Positions 25,517 to 34,438 of a stretch of DNA of 42,647 nt are shown piece by piece. The notes beneath the pieces are model-generated. The model was not told the origin of the DNA, ran no database searches, and saw only the letters and a program-made list of their open reading frames with translations. The position numbers were made by a program, and so were the translations under genes. How positions within the stretch are numbered: the first letter of the stretch is position 1; each line of letters begins with the position of its first letter. This stretch comes from Candidatus Bathyarchaeota archaeon. GTDB lineage: Archaea; Thermoproteota; Bathyarchaeia; TCS64. The DNA lies in contig JBDRQD010000043.1 of the NCBI GenBank assembly GCA_043826455.1, positions 1 through 42,647 of the forward strand, read 5' to 3'.

Positions 25517-27583
25517 GTGAGGCGCCCCCATAAAACGAGTCCCGGAGCCTCCGCGCAGCTTGAAGAGAAACTCAACGCCGTCATCGAGGGCGGGGACCTG
25601 GCGTGGTGGGAGATGGAGTACCCGTCGGGAAAAGTCACCTACAGCGACAAGAAGGTGACCATGCTGGGCTACACCCCAGAGGAGTTCAAGGCGGAGCATT
25701 ACAGGGACTTCGTCGACCAGCTACACCCGGAGGACCAGGAGACGGCCATGGAGGCCATGCGCCGCCACCTCTCAGGGGACGCGCCCAGGTACGAGGTGGA
25801 TTACCGGATAAGGGCCAAGGGGGGCGATTGGCGCTGGTTCCACGACACCGGCACGGTCACCCAGCGGGGCCCGGACAACGAGCCCCTGAAGGTCACCGGC
25901 GTAGTCATTGACATCACGGCCAGGAAGAGCTACGAGAACAAGCTGGAGGCCCTCCACGCATACGTTAACAATCTAGGCGAGGCCTCCACAGTCCAAGAGA
26001 TAGCTGAGGTAACTCTGGAAGCCATCGCCAGGGTCATTGGATTGACCACCAGTGTCTTCATGACGGTAGGCAAAGTCTGCTTAAGTCCCATATACAGCAT
26101 GGGCGTAGACTTGAATTTGGTGTCTGAGTTACCCCTCGGAGGAAGAGGCATCACGGTGAGGGCGGCAAGGACCGGCGAGACCCAGCTTGTGCACGACACC
26201 CGCCTCGACCCTGACTACCTTCAAGACATGGATGCTGAGGTCCGCCTCTCGGAACTGGATGTCCCAATTAAGGTGGCCGGAAAAGCCGTCGCCGTTATAA
26301 ACCTGGAGGACCGCCGCCCCAACGCCTACACGGAGGAGGACAGGAGGCTGATCGAGATATACTCCCAGCACGTGGCCGGCGCCCTCCAGAGGATAACCCA
26401 TCAGGGTAGGGAGAAGCGGATAAACGCCAGGCTCCACGCCCTCAACAGGAACGCCGGAAGCCTCAGCAAGGCCAAGACCCTGAACCAGGTCTACGACCTC
26501 GTAATAAGCATACTCCGGGACGACTTCGGGTACAGGTGGGCCGGCATCGCCCTCGTTGAGGGGGACATCGCCCGCTATGTACGGCATATGGCGGTGAAAC
26601 TGGGACCAGACGACTACCTTAGCCTGGACGGCAAAGGAGTGACCGTGAGGGTTGTTAAGACGGGGGAGACCCAGCTGGTGTCCGACGCCCGCTTGGACCT
26701 CGACTACGTTAAACTGATACAGGTGGGAGAGCCCTTCCTCTCCGAGCTGGCCGTCCCCGTGTGGGTGGAGGGGCAGGTCCACGCCGTGGTAAACCTGGAG
26801 GAGCACACAGTGGACGCCTTCGCCGATGAGGACAGGGACATGGTGGAGCTGCTGGCCCTCCACATGGGCACCGCCATCACCCTCATCAACGAGAGGCGGA
26901 GGCACGCGGAGCAGCAGACGGCCCAGGTTCGGGAGCTCCTGGAGGGCGTCCAGAGGATAAGCAGCATGGTTCGCCACGACCTCAAGGGACCCCTCAGCAC
27001 CATAAAGAACGCGGCCTACCTCATCAAGGACAGCCCAAAGGACGTGGACGAGTACCTCACCATGATCAACAGAAGCGTAGACTACGCCTTGAACATCCTG
27101 GAGGACCTGAGGAACATAGCCGCCACCCCCGTCATCCAGAGGACCCTGGACAACCTGGTGGACCTCCTGGACCAGAGCCTGAGCGCAGCCGGCGTCCCCC
27201 CCGACATAACCGTGGTGAAGAGGTACGAGTCCCCCTTCATAGCCGTGAGCGTGGACGCCACCAGCCTTCGCCGGGTCTTCGACAACCTGATAAAGAACGC
27301 CGTCGAGGCCACGCCCGGGGAGGGGACCCTGACCCTCACCGTGAGCCAGTTAGACCACGAGGTCGAGGTGACCGTGGCCGACACGGGGACCGGGATGCCC
27401 CCTGAGGTGCTGAAGGAGATCTTCAGGCCCTTCTACACCACCAAGCCCACGGGCACGGGGCTGGGGCTCAGCATATGCAAGCGCGTCGTGGAGCTCCACG
27501 GCGGCACCATCACAGTGGAGTCCAGGGTGGGGGCGGGCTCGGTCTTCACCGTCCGGCTGCCCGTGTCGACGGAGGTAAAGTAG
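25517..27583 (+). CDS. Cytoplasmic sensor histidine kinase: PAS-GAF-GAF-HisKA-HATPase
   Basis: LHPED..YRIRAKGGDWRW PAS; two GAFs; VRHDLKGPL H-box; NLIKNAVEA, DTGTG, GTGLGL. Confidence 0.93.
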   Translation: MRRPHKTSPGASAQLEEKLNAVIEGGDLAWWEMEYPSGKVTYSDKKVTMLGYTPEEFKAEHYRDFVDQLHPEDQETAMEAMRRHLSGDAPRYEVDYRIRAKGGDWRWFHDTGTVTQRGPDNEPLKVTGVVIDITARKSYENKLEALHAYVNNLGEASTVQEIAEVTLEAIARVIGLTTSVFMTVGKVCLSPIYSMGVDLNLVSELPLGGRGITVRAARTGETQLVHDTRLDPDYLQDMDAEVRLSELDVPIKVAGKAVAVINLEDRRPNAYTEEDRRLIEIYSQHVAGALQRITHQGREKRINARLHALNRNAGSLSKAKTLNQVYDLVISILRDDFGYRWAGIALVEGDIARYVRHMAVKLGPDDYLSLDGKGVTVRVVKTGETQLVSDARLDLDYVKLIQVGEPFLSELAVPVWVEGQVHAVVNLEEHTVDAFADEDRDMVELLALHMGTAITLINERRRHAEQQTAQVRELLEGVQRISSMVRHDLKGPLSTIKNAAYLIKDSPKDVDEYLTMINRSVDYALNILEDLRNIAATPVIQRTLDNLVDLLDQSLSAAGVPPDITVVKRYESPFIAVSVDATSLRRVFDNLIKNAVEATPGEGTLTLTVSQLDHEVEVTVADTGTGMPPEVLKEIFRPFYTTKPTGTGLGLSICKRVVELHGGTITVESRVGAGSVFTVRLPVSTEVK

Positions 27584-27707
27584 CTTCCCGACGCCATTAT
27601 AACTTATCTCCACCATACATGGGGGTTGAGTGGAAGCAGCGGGAAAAAAGGAGTCCACTTTCATATAGTTATTATAAACACTGTAGACTCAGATACTAAG
27701 AGTAAAA

Positions 27708-29753
27708 ATGTCAGGCCATCTCCCAGGCGCCGTAAGCCCCATCATTAGGGTACTCCTCATAGACGACAACGTTGACAAACTCAAAATAACCAAAGCTTTC
27801 ATGGAGAGGGCTGACCCCACCCTCAGCGTCGACACAGAGGTATCACCCCGCAGAGCCATCGCCTCAGTAAAAGGGAAGCGCTACGACGCCATAGTCACGG
27901 ACTACCATATGCCCGAGATGGATGGCTTAACCCTCACCCGTATGGTTAGGGAGACAGAGAAGGTGCCCGTCATCCTTTACACCGGGATGGGTAGCGAGGA
28001 GGTGGCTGAGGCTGCCTTCAAGGCGGGTGTCAACGACTACGTGATGCTGGAGGCGTCACCGGCCCACTACCAGGTTCTGGTTAATAGGGTGAGGCACCTG
28101 GTGGAGCGACACCGAGTCGAGGAGGTGTACCGCGCTGTCGTCGAGGGCAGCATGGACGCATTCTCCATCACTGTAGGGAACACAATCGTCTACGTCAACC
28201 AGGCAATGGCTCAGCTCGTCGGAGTAAAGAGCCCTGAAGACCTCGAAGGCAGGGAACTCAAGGAGTGGGTGCCGAATCTTGACGACGAAGACTTGAAATG
28301 GGCCGATTATATGAGACAAAAAGGGGAGAGGAAGCCTGAAATCTTTGAGACTAAAATTAGAAAGGTTGACGGCGAGGCTCGCCTCGTCGAGGTCTCCTTA
28401 AGTTTAACAAACTACTATGGACGTCCCGCCGTTCTCGCTTTCGTAAGAGACGTGACTGAAAGAAGGGCCATGGAGGAGGCACAGCGACGTGAACGAGATC
28501 GCCTTGAGAGCCTCCGACGCCACTCCGTGAAACTCAACTCGGCGGTGACATTGGAGGAGGTCGCGGACATCGCCTTAAGCATCATGGATGAGGTCATGGA
28601 CGTGGAGCTATCGTCTTTCATAGTGGAGGAGGATGGTGAGCTCATCACCCTCCAAGTAAGAGGCTCCACAATGGCCCCTATACGTTTACCATTAAACGGG
28701 CCAGGAATAACGGTCAAAGCCTTTAACGAGAATCGGACCGTGGTAGTCGAAGATACAAGGCTTGAACCTGCCTTCGTGAAAGGATCCACCGACAGCCTGA
28801 GCGAGTTGGCCACTCCTATAATGTTTAAGGGTGAGGTAATGGGCGTGTTGAACATGGAGAGCCTGGGGATAGGCCACTTCAACGAGAGCCATAGGGTCCT
28901 AGCGGAGATACTTGCGCAGCACGTGGCCTCGACCCTCGACAGATTGAGGAAGGAGGGGGAGAGGATACGAGCCACGGTGGAGGCGGAGGAGTCCAGGGTC
29001 AGGGCTCAACAGTCTGAGGAGATGGAGAGGATGAAGACCCGGTTCATCTCCACGGCCACCCATGAGCTGCGGACCCCTCTCACCTCCATCAAGGGCTACT
29101 TGGAGCTGATCCAGAGCCACATGGAGAGGCTGAGTGGAGTCGAGGGCTTCAAGGAGATAGGGCAGATGCTGGTCGTCGTCTCCAGGAACGTTGACCGGTT
29201 GGAGGAGCTGACCAACGATCTCCTGGACGTGCAGCGCCTCACCGAGGGAAGAATAGAGCTAGTACCAGCGAGGCACATGATGGACGAGTTTCTGCAGCAG
29301 GTCAACGAAGAGCTTACTCCAACGTTGGAGAGGAGAAACCAGAGCCTTCAGATAACATCCAACGTCGACTCCCTCGTCTTCGGCAAGCTGCGTTTCATAC
29401 AGGTCCTCCAGAACCTCCTGCTCAACGCCTCCAAGTTCAGCCCGGAGGGCTCAACCATAAAGCTATCCGTGGAGAAGCTGAAAGGATGCGTGCGGTTCAG
29501 CGTCACGGATGAGGGCATCGGCCTAGCCCCCGAGGACATACCCAAGCTCTTCACCCCCTTCCCCAGCATAGAGAAGCCCGGCTTCTACGAGGGCACAGGG
29601 CTAGGGCTCAGCATCTGCAAGGGCATAGTGGAGCTCCACGGTGGAGAGATTTGGGCAGAGTCACCCGGCCCAGGCAAGGGCTCCACCTTCGCCTTCACCA
29701 TACCATACAAAACAGATATCAACATGAGACGCGGAGCCCATCAAAAACTCTAA
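27708..29753 (+). CDS. Hybrid histidine kinase: REC-PAS-GAF-HisKA-HATPase
   Basis: LLIDDN, VTDYHMPEMDG; PAS ending VRDVTERR; GAF; THELRTPL; NLLLNASKF, DEGIG, GTGLGL. Confidence 0.93.
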   Translation: MSGHLPGAVSPIIRVLLIDDNVDKLKITKAFMERADPTLSVDTEVSPRRAIASVKGKRYDAIVTDYHMPEMDGLTLTRMVRETEKVPVILYTGMGSEEVAEAAFKAGVNDYVMLEASPAHYQVLVNRVRHLVERHRVEEVYRAVVEGSMDAFSITVGNTIVYVNQAMAQLVGVKSPEDLEGRELKEWVPNLDDEDLKWADYMRQKGERKPEIFETKIRKVDGEARLVEVSLSLTNYYGRPAVLAFVRDVTERRAMEEAQRRERDRLESLRRHSVKLNSAVTLEEVADIALSIMDEVMDVELSSFIVEEDGELITLQVRGSTMAPIRLPLNGPGITVKAFNENRTVVVEDTRLEPAFVKGSTDSLSELATPIMFKGEVMGVLNMESLGIGHFNESHRVLAEILAQHVASTLDRLRKEGERIRATVEAEESRVRAQQSEEMERMKTRFISTATHELRTPLTSIKGYLELIQSHMERLSGVEGFKEIGQMLVVVSRNVDRLEELTNDLLDVQRLTEGRIELVPARHMMDEFLQQVNEELTPTLERRNQSLQITSNVDSLVFGKLRFIQVLQNLLLNASKFSPEGSTIKLSVEKLKGCVRFSVTDEGIGLAPEDIPKLFTPFPSIEKPGFYEGTGLGLSICKGIVELHGGEIWAESPGPGKGSTFAFTIPYKTDINMRRGAHQKL

Positions 29754-29777
29754 ATCATGTGTGCTTAAGCTAATCAT

Positions 29778-30164
29778 GTGGCCAACATTCTGGTAGTCGA
29801 CGACGAGGAAGACATACAGAGCCTAGCCGAGATAATCCTGAAGGAAGCCGGGCACAACGTGACAACGGCTCAGGACGGTGAGACAGCGCTGGACCTTGTA
29901 GGCCGAAACCGCTACGATCTGGTCCTCCTAGACGTCATCCTGCCGGGCATCAGCGGCCTCGACGTGTGCCGCACACTGAAAAAGGGGAAAAAGACGAGAA
30001 ACATCCCCGTGGTGATGTTCACGGCCCTGGGCACTGGGGTGGACATGATGCTGGAGAAGGACGTGAAGGCTGACGGGTACCTCCAGAAACCTTTCACAAG
30101 GAGGCTGCTCCTGGACGCAATCGAGAGATGCATTAAACCGGTGAGACACCTCAGCCTCGGCTAG
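29778..30164 (+). CDS. Single-domain response regulator (CheY-like)
   Basis: ILVVDDE, LLDVILPGISG, FTA, YLQKPF. Confidence 0.93.
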   Translation: MANILVVDDEEDIQSLAEIILKEAGHNVTTAQDGETALDLVGRNRYDLVLLDVILPGISGLDVCRTLKKGKKTRNIPVVMFTALGTGVDMMLEKDVKADGYLQKPFTRRLLLDAIERCIKPVRHLSLG

Positions 30165-30185
30165 TATTACATGAAAATTGGGGTC

Positions 30186-32906
30186 TCACACCCACACACT
30201 CCTCAGGCTGTTGAGCCCTGTCTCGTACCTCATGCGCCTCAGCGCCGCCAGGCCCAGGCCCACGTCGGCTACGGCAGGCGCCACCCGAGGCTCGTAGGAG
30301 CCGTCCGGCAGCCGGGCGGCGGCCAGGTCAAGGTCGCATACGTATCCGCCCCCCGGCGTGTACCTGTGCTGGGCCCTGACTATCTGGAAGCTCCGCGCCT
30401 CCAGGCCATCCTTAAGACTCGTCACCGTCACCGTCTGGGGAGGCCTGTACCCAAGCTGGGCGCGGCCCGGGGCCCGGACCTGGGCCGTGACGACCGGGTT
30501 TTTCCTGTGGGCCAGGATGTTTGAAGCGACATACCCGGCGTAGTCCACATCGGTGATGGTCTTATCCACCAGACGGAGCGTCCGCTTACCGTAGGCAGCC
30601 TGGCTCGTGGAGTCGCTGGCCGTCCCCGCCTTCTCGTATCTGACGAACCTGAGGTTGTCGATGAGGAAGCCGCCGGTCCCCACCTGAGACATGTGCACTG
30701 CCTTGATCTGGACGTTGGCTATGACGCTCCCCGGGTTCCCCGTCTTGCTCATGGAGGCCAGGTCCATGGTGTACTCGTGCCAGGCAGCAGCGCTCTGAGG
30801 CGTGATCCCTGTCTCTTCATAGTAGTCGGTGACCCACAGCCAGCCGCCCCGCCAGATGCGCACCTCCAGGCTGTCTACGCTCAGCCCCGAGCCATACTTT
30901 AACTGGAACTTGAGCGAGTCGAAGCCGGTGATGTCTAGGTCCGGGAACTCGACCCGCATACGGTAGTAGCTCCCCGGGTTCGTGGTGTTGAAGTGGACGC
31001 TAGCCGAGCCCGCCACCTTGTCCCCTGTGTCGCTCTGCGGGTAGCCGCCGTCTGTGGGGTCCGGGCTGCTCCACCCCTCCACAGACTCGGTTAACGCGTC
31101 CCCGTCCGAGGGCTGTGTCTCCTCCTCGAACACGATGACCCGGACATCGTTGGTCAGCCTTGGGCTGCCCTTGATGGATTCCTTCACCTGGATGTCCAGG
31201 ATGTTGGGGGTGCCGCCGCCGCTGCCATCCGTGACGCTGAGGGGGCAGACGAAGACCCCGTACTTCTTGAACCTTACCGTTCCGCCCGTGTCCACCCAGA
31301 AGTTGGCCCCAGTCTCGCTCGAGGCGAAGGTGGCCGTCTCCGCCAGCTTCTCCAGCAGCGACCAGACGCCCTCCTGGTGGAACCTGTTGACGATGGCGCG
31401 GTTGGTGGTGTCCTTGTCCTGGTACAGCTCAGGCGACTCGTCCAGCATGTCGTCGACGATGGTGCTGATCTGGGTCGCCGAGGCGTACTCTTTGGAGAAG
31501 GTGCGCTCCAGCAGTATCTCGCCCAGGTCCTCGCACACAAGCTGAGTCACTGGGTTGTCCGGTTCCCCCAGGGTGAGCCTATCAATGACGCGCCCCGTGA
31601 ACAACTTACTCACCAGACTCTCAGACGCGGCCCCCAGGTACGCCATCACGACGCATCCCGGCCCCGCCCTCTGCGCACCGCTCAACGGACTCGATGTGTA
31701 TAAACGGTAAACCTCCGCGTCGGAAAAGGCCCCTATATAGATTCGTGTATCATCCAGACAGCCTGTTAAGGGGTGTATAGCCGCGTTGTACTTACCTAGA
31801 TACTTGGCGCGATTTACAGACGGAAACACCGGCACCCCGGACATGCTCAACTCCTCAATGAACACCCCGTTCCTGTAGAACCGGACCGTCTTAGCCGCAT
31901 AGTCACAGACCACGGCTACATGAGTCCATACGCCGTCACACCCAGCGAAGAAGTTGTTAGATTGGGCTGTACGGTAGGCTGTGCCGTCGGCGTACTGCCA
32001 TGTAAAGTGATACGAGCCGGGGTTCCTATAGCACCAGATGAACCCTATAGTCGAGCTCTGGGCACCGTCCGAGATGAGGGTCTGGTAGACGCCAGCGACG
32101 TAGCTAGGTTTGATCCATGTGGCGAAGGTGAGAGCGGTGCCGCTTAAGGCAAAGGCTACTGTCTGAACATAATCGTCCGACCCGTCGAAACTCAGAGCCT
32201 TCCCATATTTACCGTCAACCCATAATGGGCCATTATAAAGGTGCCCGGTGCGCCCCCACGGGCTAAGATCATAAGCCCTCGTATCCTGCCCCTCATCCAT
32301 GGGCAGCCAGAGGGCCAGCCTAGGGTAGGCAGGGTCCCGGAGCATGGTGAGACGGAGCCCTGAGACGGCGGTGGTGGTCACCAGGTCGGCCACAAGCTCC
32401 TCTATCTCCGCGGGCACCAGAGGCGGGTTCTTTAGGACACAAGCGTAGTCGTAGTCGATGACGGCCTGGGCGTAGACCTGGCTGCTCCGGGCGTACAACT
32501 TAACATACTTCACCGTCTTCCCGGAGGTTAGCTGGAGCCACACAGCCTCGAAGCTGGTCGGGGCATCAATCCACCCCAAGGAGGTGGACGACGCGTCAGT
32601 GTACTCCACCTCAACCTTGTACTGTGGCGCCGTGTCCCTGCCCCTGAGGCGAACCCTGAACACGGGATATGTGCTGGTGCTGAGGTTGAGGCCACTGATG
32701 TCTCGCCTCCAGCCACAGCCGTTGACCGCAGCACCCTCCGTCACAGCCATGGACGCGTAGTCCCCGGCGACGTCATTCACGTTACCGAAGCTCTCAGAAG
32801 CCGCCGACTGGAACTTGACCCAGAGGCTGCTCCTGAAACAATCGTCCAAGAACCCGGGCTCCTCGTAGAGCTCCACCCTGCACTGGGCCCAGATGGGAGT
32901 CGGCAC
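30186..32906 (-). CDS. Tail tip/hub-like protein with inserted LamG (concanavalin-like) domain and carbohydrate-binding-like modules
   Basis: Follows the tape measure; WLPMDEG..WVDGKYGKALSFDGSDDYV..WTHVAVV..FYRNG..GCLDDTRIY LamG; DSTSQAAYGKRT hub-like motif. Confidence 0.75.
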   Translation of the reverse strand: MPTPIWAQCRVELYEEPGFLDDCFRSSLWVKFQSAASESFGNVNDVAGDYASMAVTEGAAVNGCGWRRDISGLNLSTSTYPVFRVRLRGRDTAPQYKVEVEYTDASSTSLGWIDAPTSFEAVWLQLTSGKTVKYVKLYARSSQVYAQAVIDYDYACVLKNPPLVPAEIEELVADLVTTTAVSGLRLTMLRDPAYPRLALWLPMDEGQDTRAYDLSPWGRTGHLYNGPLWVDGKYGKALSFDGSDDYVQTVAFALSGTALTFATWIKPSYVAGVYQTLISDGAQSSTIGFIWCYRNPGSYHFTWQYADGTAYRTAQSNNFFAGCDGVWTHVAVVCDYAAKTVRFYRNGVFIEELSMSGVPVFPSVNRAKYLGKYNAAIHPLTGCLDDTRIYIGAFSDAEVYRLYTSSPLSGAQRAGPGCVVMAYLGAASESLVSKLFTGRVIDRLTLGEPDNPVTQLVCEDLGEILLERTFSKEYASATQISTIVDDMLDESPELYQDKDTTNRAIVNRFHQEGVWSLLEKLAETATFASSETGANFWVDTGGTVRFKKYGVFVCPLSVTDGSGGGTPNILDIQVKESIKGSPRLTNDVRVIVFEEETQPSDGDALTESVEGWSSPDPTDGGYPQSDTGDKVAGSASVHFNTTNPGSYYRMRVEFPDLDITGFDSLKFQLKYGSGLSVDSLEVRIWRGGWLWVTDYYEETGITPQSAAAWHEYTMDLASMSKTGNPGSVIANVQIKAVHMSQVGTGGFLIDNLRFVRYEKAGTASDSTSQAAYGKRTLRLVDKTITDVDYAGYVASNILAHRKNPVVTAQVRAPGRAQLGYRPPQTVTVTSLKDGLEARSFQIVRAQHRYTPGGGYVCDLDLAAARLPDGSYEPRVAPAVADVGLGLAALRRMRYETGLNSLRSVWV

Positions 32907-33526
32907 TAGCCTCCCCTCCTCATACGCTCCTCGAGACGCGGCCCCAGCTCACGGAGCCACTGGTCCACCTCCAGGCCGCTGGACGGCTGACGCTCGAAGG
33001 TGACGAAGATGGGTCCCAGGTGGGTCTGAGAGGCCGGGACCACGTACTCTCCCCGGTGCAGCATGTATAGGCCCGTCCGGTTCACAGGGCCTCCCGCCTG
33101 CATGCTCTGAATACGGCTGTAGACCATGGCACCTGCCGCTATGGCTAGGGGGATAAGCCACCACTGGCCTGAGAGGGTGGTGAGGATGGCCTGGGCTGCC
33201 GAGGCCGCCGCTGTGTTCTCCCGGAGCCTCCTGGTGAGGGCGGTCAGGTTGCTGACCACCTGGATCATGCTCATGAAGCTCGTCAACAGCGCCACCGGGT
33301 TCATATCGTTGATGGCCCGGCTCGTCTGCGTGACAGCGAGCCTGGTCGAGTTCAGAGACCTGAGAGTAAGGGACAGCGTAGCCAGGGTGCCCCCACTCTG
33401 AGCCTGCACCCCCTGAAGCGCAGCCGAGGCCTGGCTGGCGCTCTGGGCAGCCGCGTTGGCCGAGGCCGCGGCCTCTCCCAGCCCCGTTACCTGAACATTG
33501 TACTCAAGGTCCACACGGTTCGCCAC
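32906..33526 (-). CDS. Very short tape-measure-like protein (206 aa)
   Basis: Ala/Ser-rich helical body; C-terminal MQAGGPVNRTGLYMLHRGEYVVP motif typical of TMP ends; position after chaperones. Confidence 0.72.
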   Translation of the reverse strand: MANRVDLEYNVQVTGLGEAAASANAAAQSASQASAALQGVQAQSGGTLATLSLTLRSLNSTRLAVTQTSRAINDMNPVALLTSFMSMIQVVSNLTALTRRLRENTAAASAAQAILTTLSGQWWLIPLAIAAGAMVYSRIQSMQAGGPVNRTGLYMLHRGEYVVPASQTHLGPIFVTFERQPSSGLEVDQWLRELGPRLEERMRRGG

Positions 33527-33903
33527 TACACCACTCCCGCAGCCCTGTCTAGCATCTCACGGCCCACACTCAGACGCCCCGCCAGGACGCCCTGAAGCAG
33601 GAAGGGGCGGGCCGGCATCCTGCTGGTGCCGTCGTGGACGTGCCGAGCATAGTCCACCTCTCGCCCCGTAAGAGGATTCACGTGGCCCCCACCCCCAGCC
33701 ACCAGCTTAGCAGCTAGGGGACCCGGACGCTCAACACGGATCGAGCCGCGCAGCGCTCCGGTGCGGACGGGGCAGAAGGCCCGGGCGAACTCCAGCATCG
33801 CGGGCACCTCCAGGGCCAGGTCAGCGGCCTCCTGGATGCTCTGAGGGATAAGGGACAGCTCGGCCCCTAGGTCCTCCAGACGCAGCGTTTTACTTACCTT
33901 CAC
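33526..33903 (-). CDS. HK97 gp10-like neck/tail-completion protein
   Basis: CPVRTGALRGSI, YARHVHDGTSRMPARPFL. Confidence 0.85.
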   Translation of the reverse strand: MKVSKTLRLEDLGAELSLIPQSIQEAADLALEVPAMLEFARAFCPVRTGALRGSIRVERPGPLAAKLVAGGGGHVNPLTGREVDYARHVHDGTSRMPARPFLLQGVLAGRLSVGREMLDRAAGVV

Positions 33904-34112
33904 CTTGCTCCCCTCCTGAGCCTATTAAGCTCCTCCTCCAGCCGCCTCTTCTCCCGGTCCTGCACGCCAGCCACCGCCTCCAAGTAGACGCCCAGCCTCT
34001 CCACGAACACCGCAGGCTGGACCGCCAACTGGTCAAGCGTCCAGCCCGTGGCCACACAGAGGGCCACATCCTCCGTCAGTGGGCTCGGCTTCCCTCGCTT
34101 CACAGCCTCCAC
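33900..34112 (-). CDS. Tail assembly chaperone extension (gpT-like), probably made as a -1 frameshift fusion
   Basis: GWTLDQL..QP motif; in the -1 frame of the upstream chaperone, directly after A AAA AAA. Confidence 0.7.
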   Translation of the reverse strand: MEAVKRGKPSPLTEDVALCVATGWTLDQLAVQPAVFVERLGVYLEAVAGVQDREKRRLEEELNRLRRGAR

Positions 34113-34432
34113 TATTTTTTTCGCTCATCAACCGTGACGCCGTTGATCCGCAGGCAGTAGGAGATCATCTCCTCCACCAGCTCAGGCGGCTCAAGGCCGT
34201 GGACCGCCTCCACTGTGATGGGCAGAGACTGCCCCTCCTCATCAACCAGGTCCCACCCCTGGAGGCACCCGACCAGCATCAGGTCGTTCAGGGCCCACGG
34301 GTCCACTTCAGGCTCAAGCCCCGAGGCCCCCCTCTCCCACCTGGTAGCCTTCCTGAGGGCCTCCTGCTTCATCCCGTAGGTCCACGTCCTGAACGCCAGT
34401 TTATGGCCTCTGATCTCGACTTCATGCCTCAT
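34112..34432 (-). CDS. Tail assembly chaperone (gpG-like)
   Basis: Between tube and TMP genes; GWDLVDEEGQSLPITVEAV motif; ends ERKK on a slippery A7. Confidence 0.75.
   Translation of the reverse strand: MRHEVEIRGHKLAFRTWTYGMKQEALRKATRWERGASGLEPEVDPWALNDLMLVGCLQGWDLVDEEGQSLPITVEAVHGLEPPELVEEMISYCLRINGVTVDERKK
34115..34121 (-). other. Candidate -1 programmed ribosomal frameshift heptamer A AAA AAA
   Basis: Minus strand CGA AAA AAA TAG TGG; a -1 slip reads AAA AAA ATA GTG GAG into the next ORF. Confidence 0.75.
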
Positions 34433-34438
34433 GGCTCA

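Noticed and set aside
26129..26977. 282-aa antisense ORF in the histidine kinase
   Set aside because: Antisense shadow of a well-supported gene
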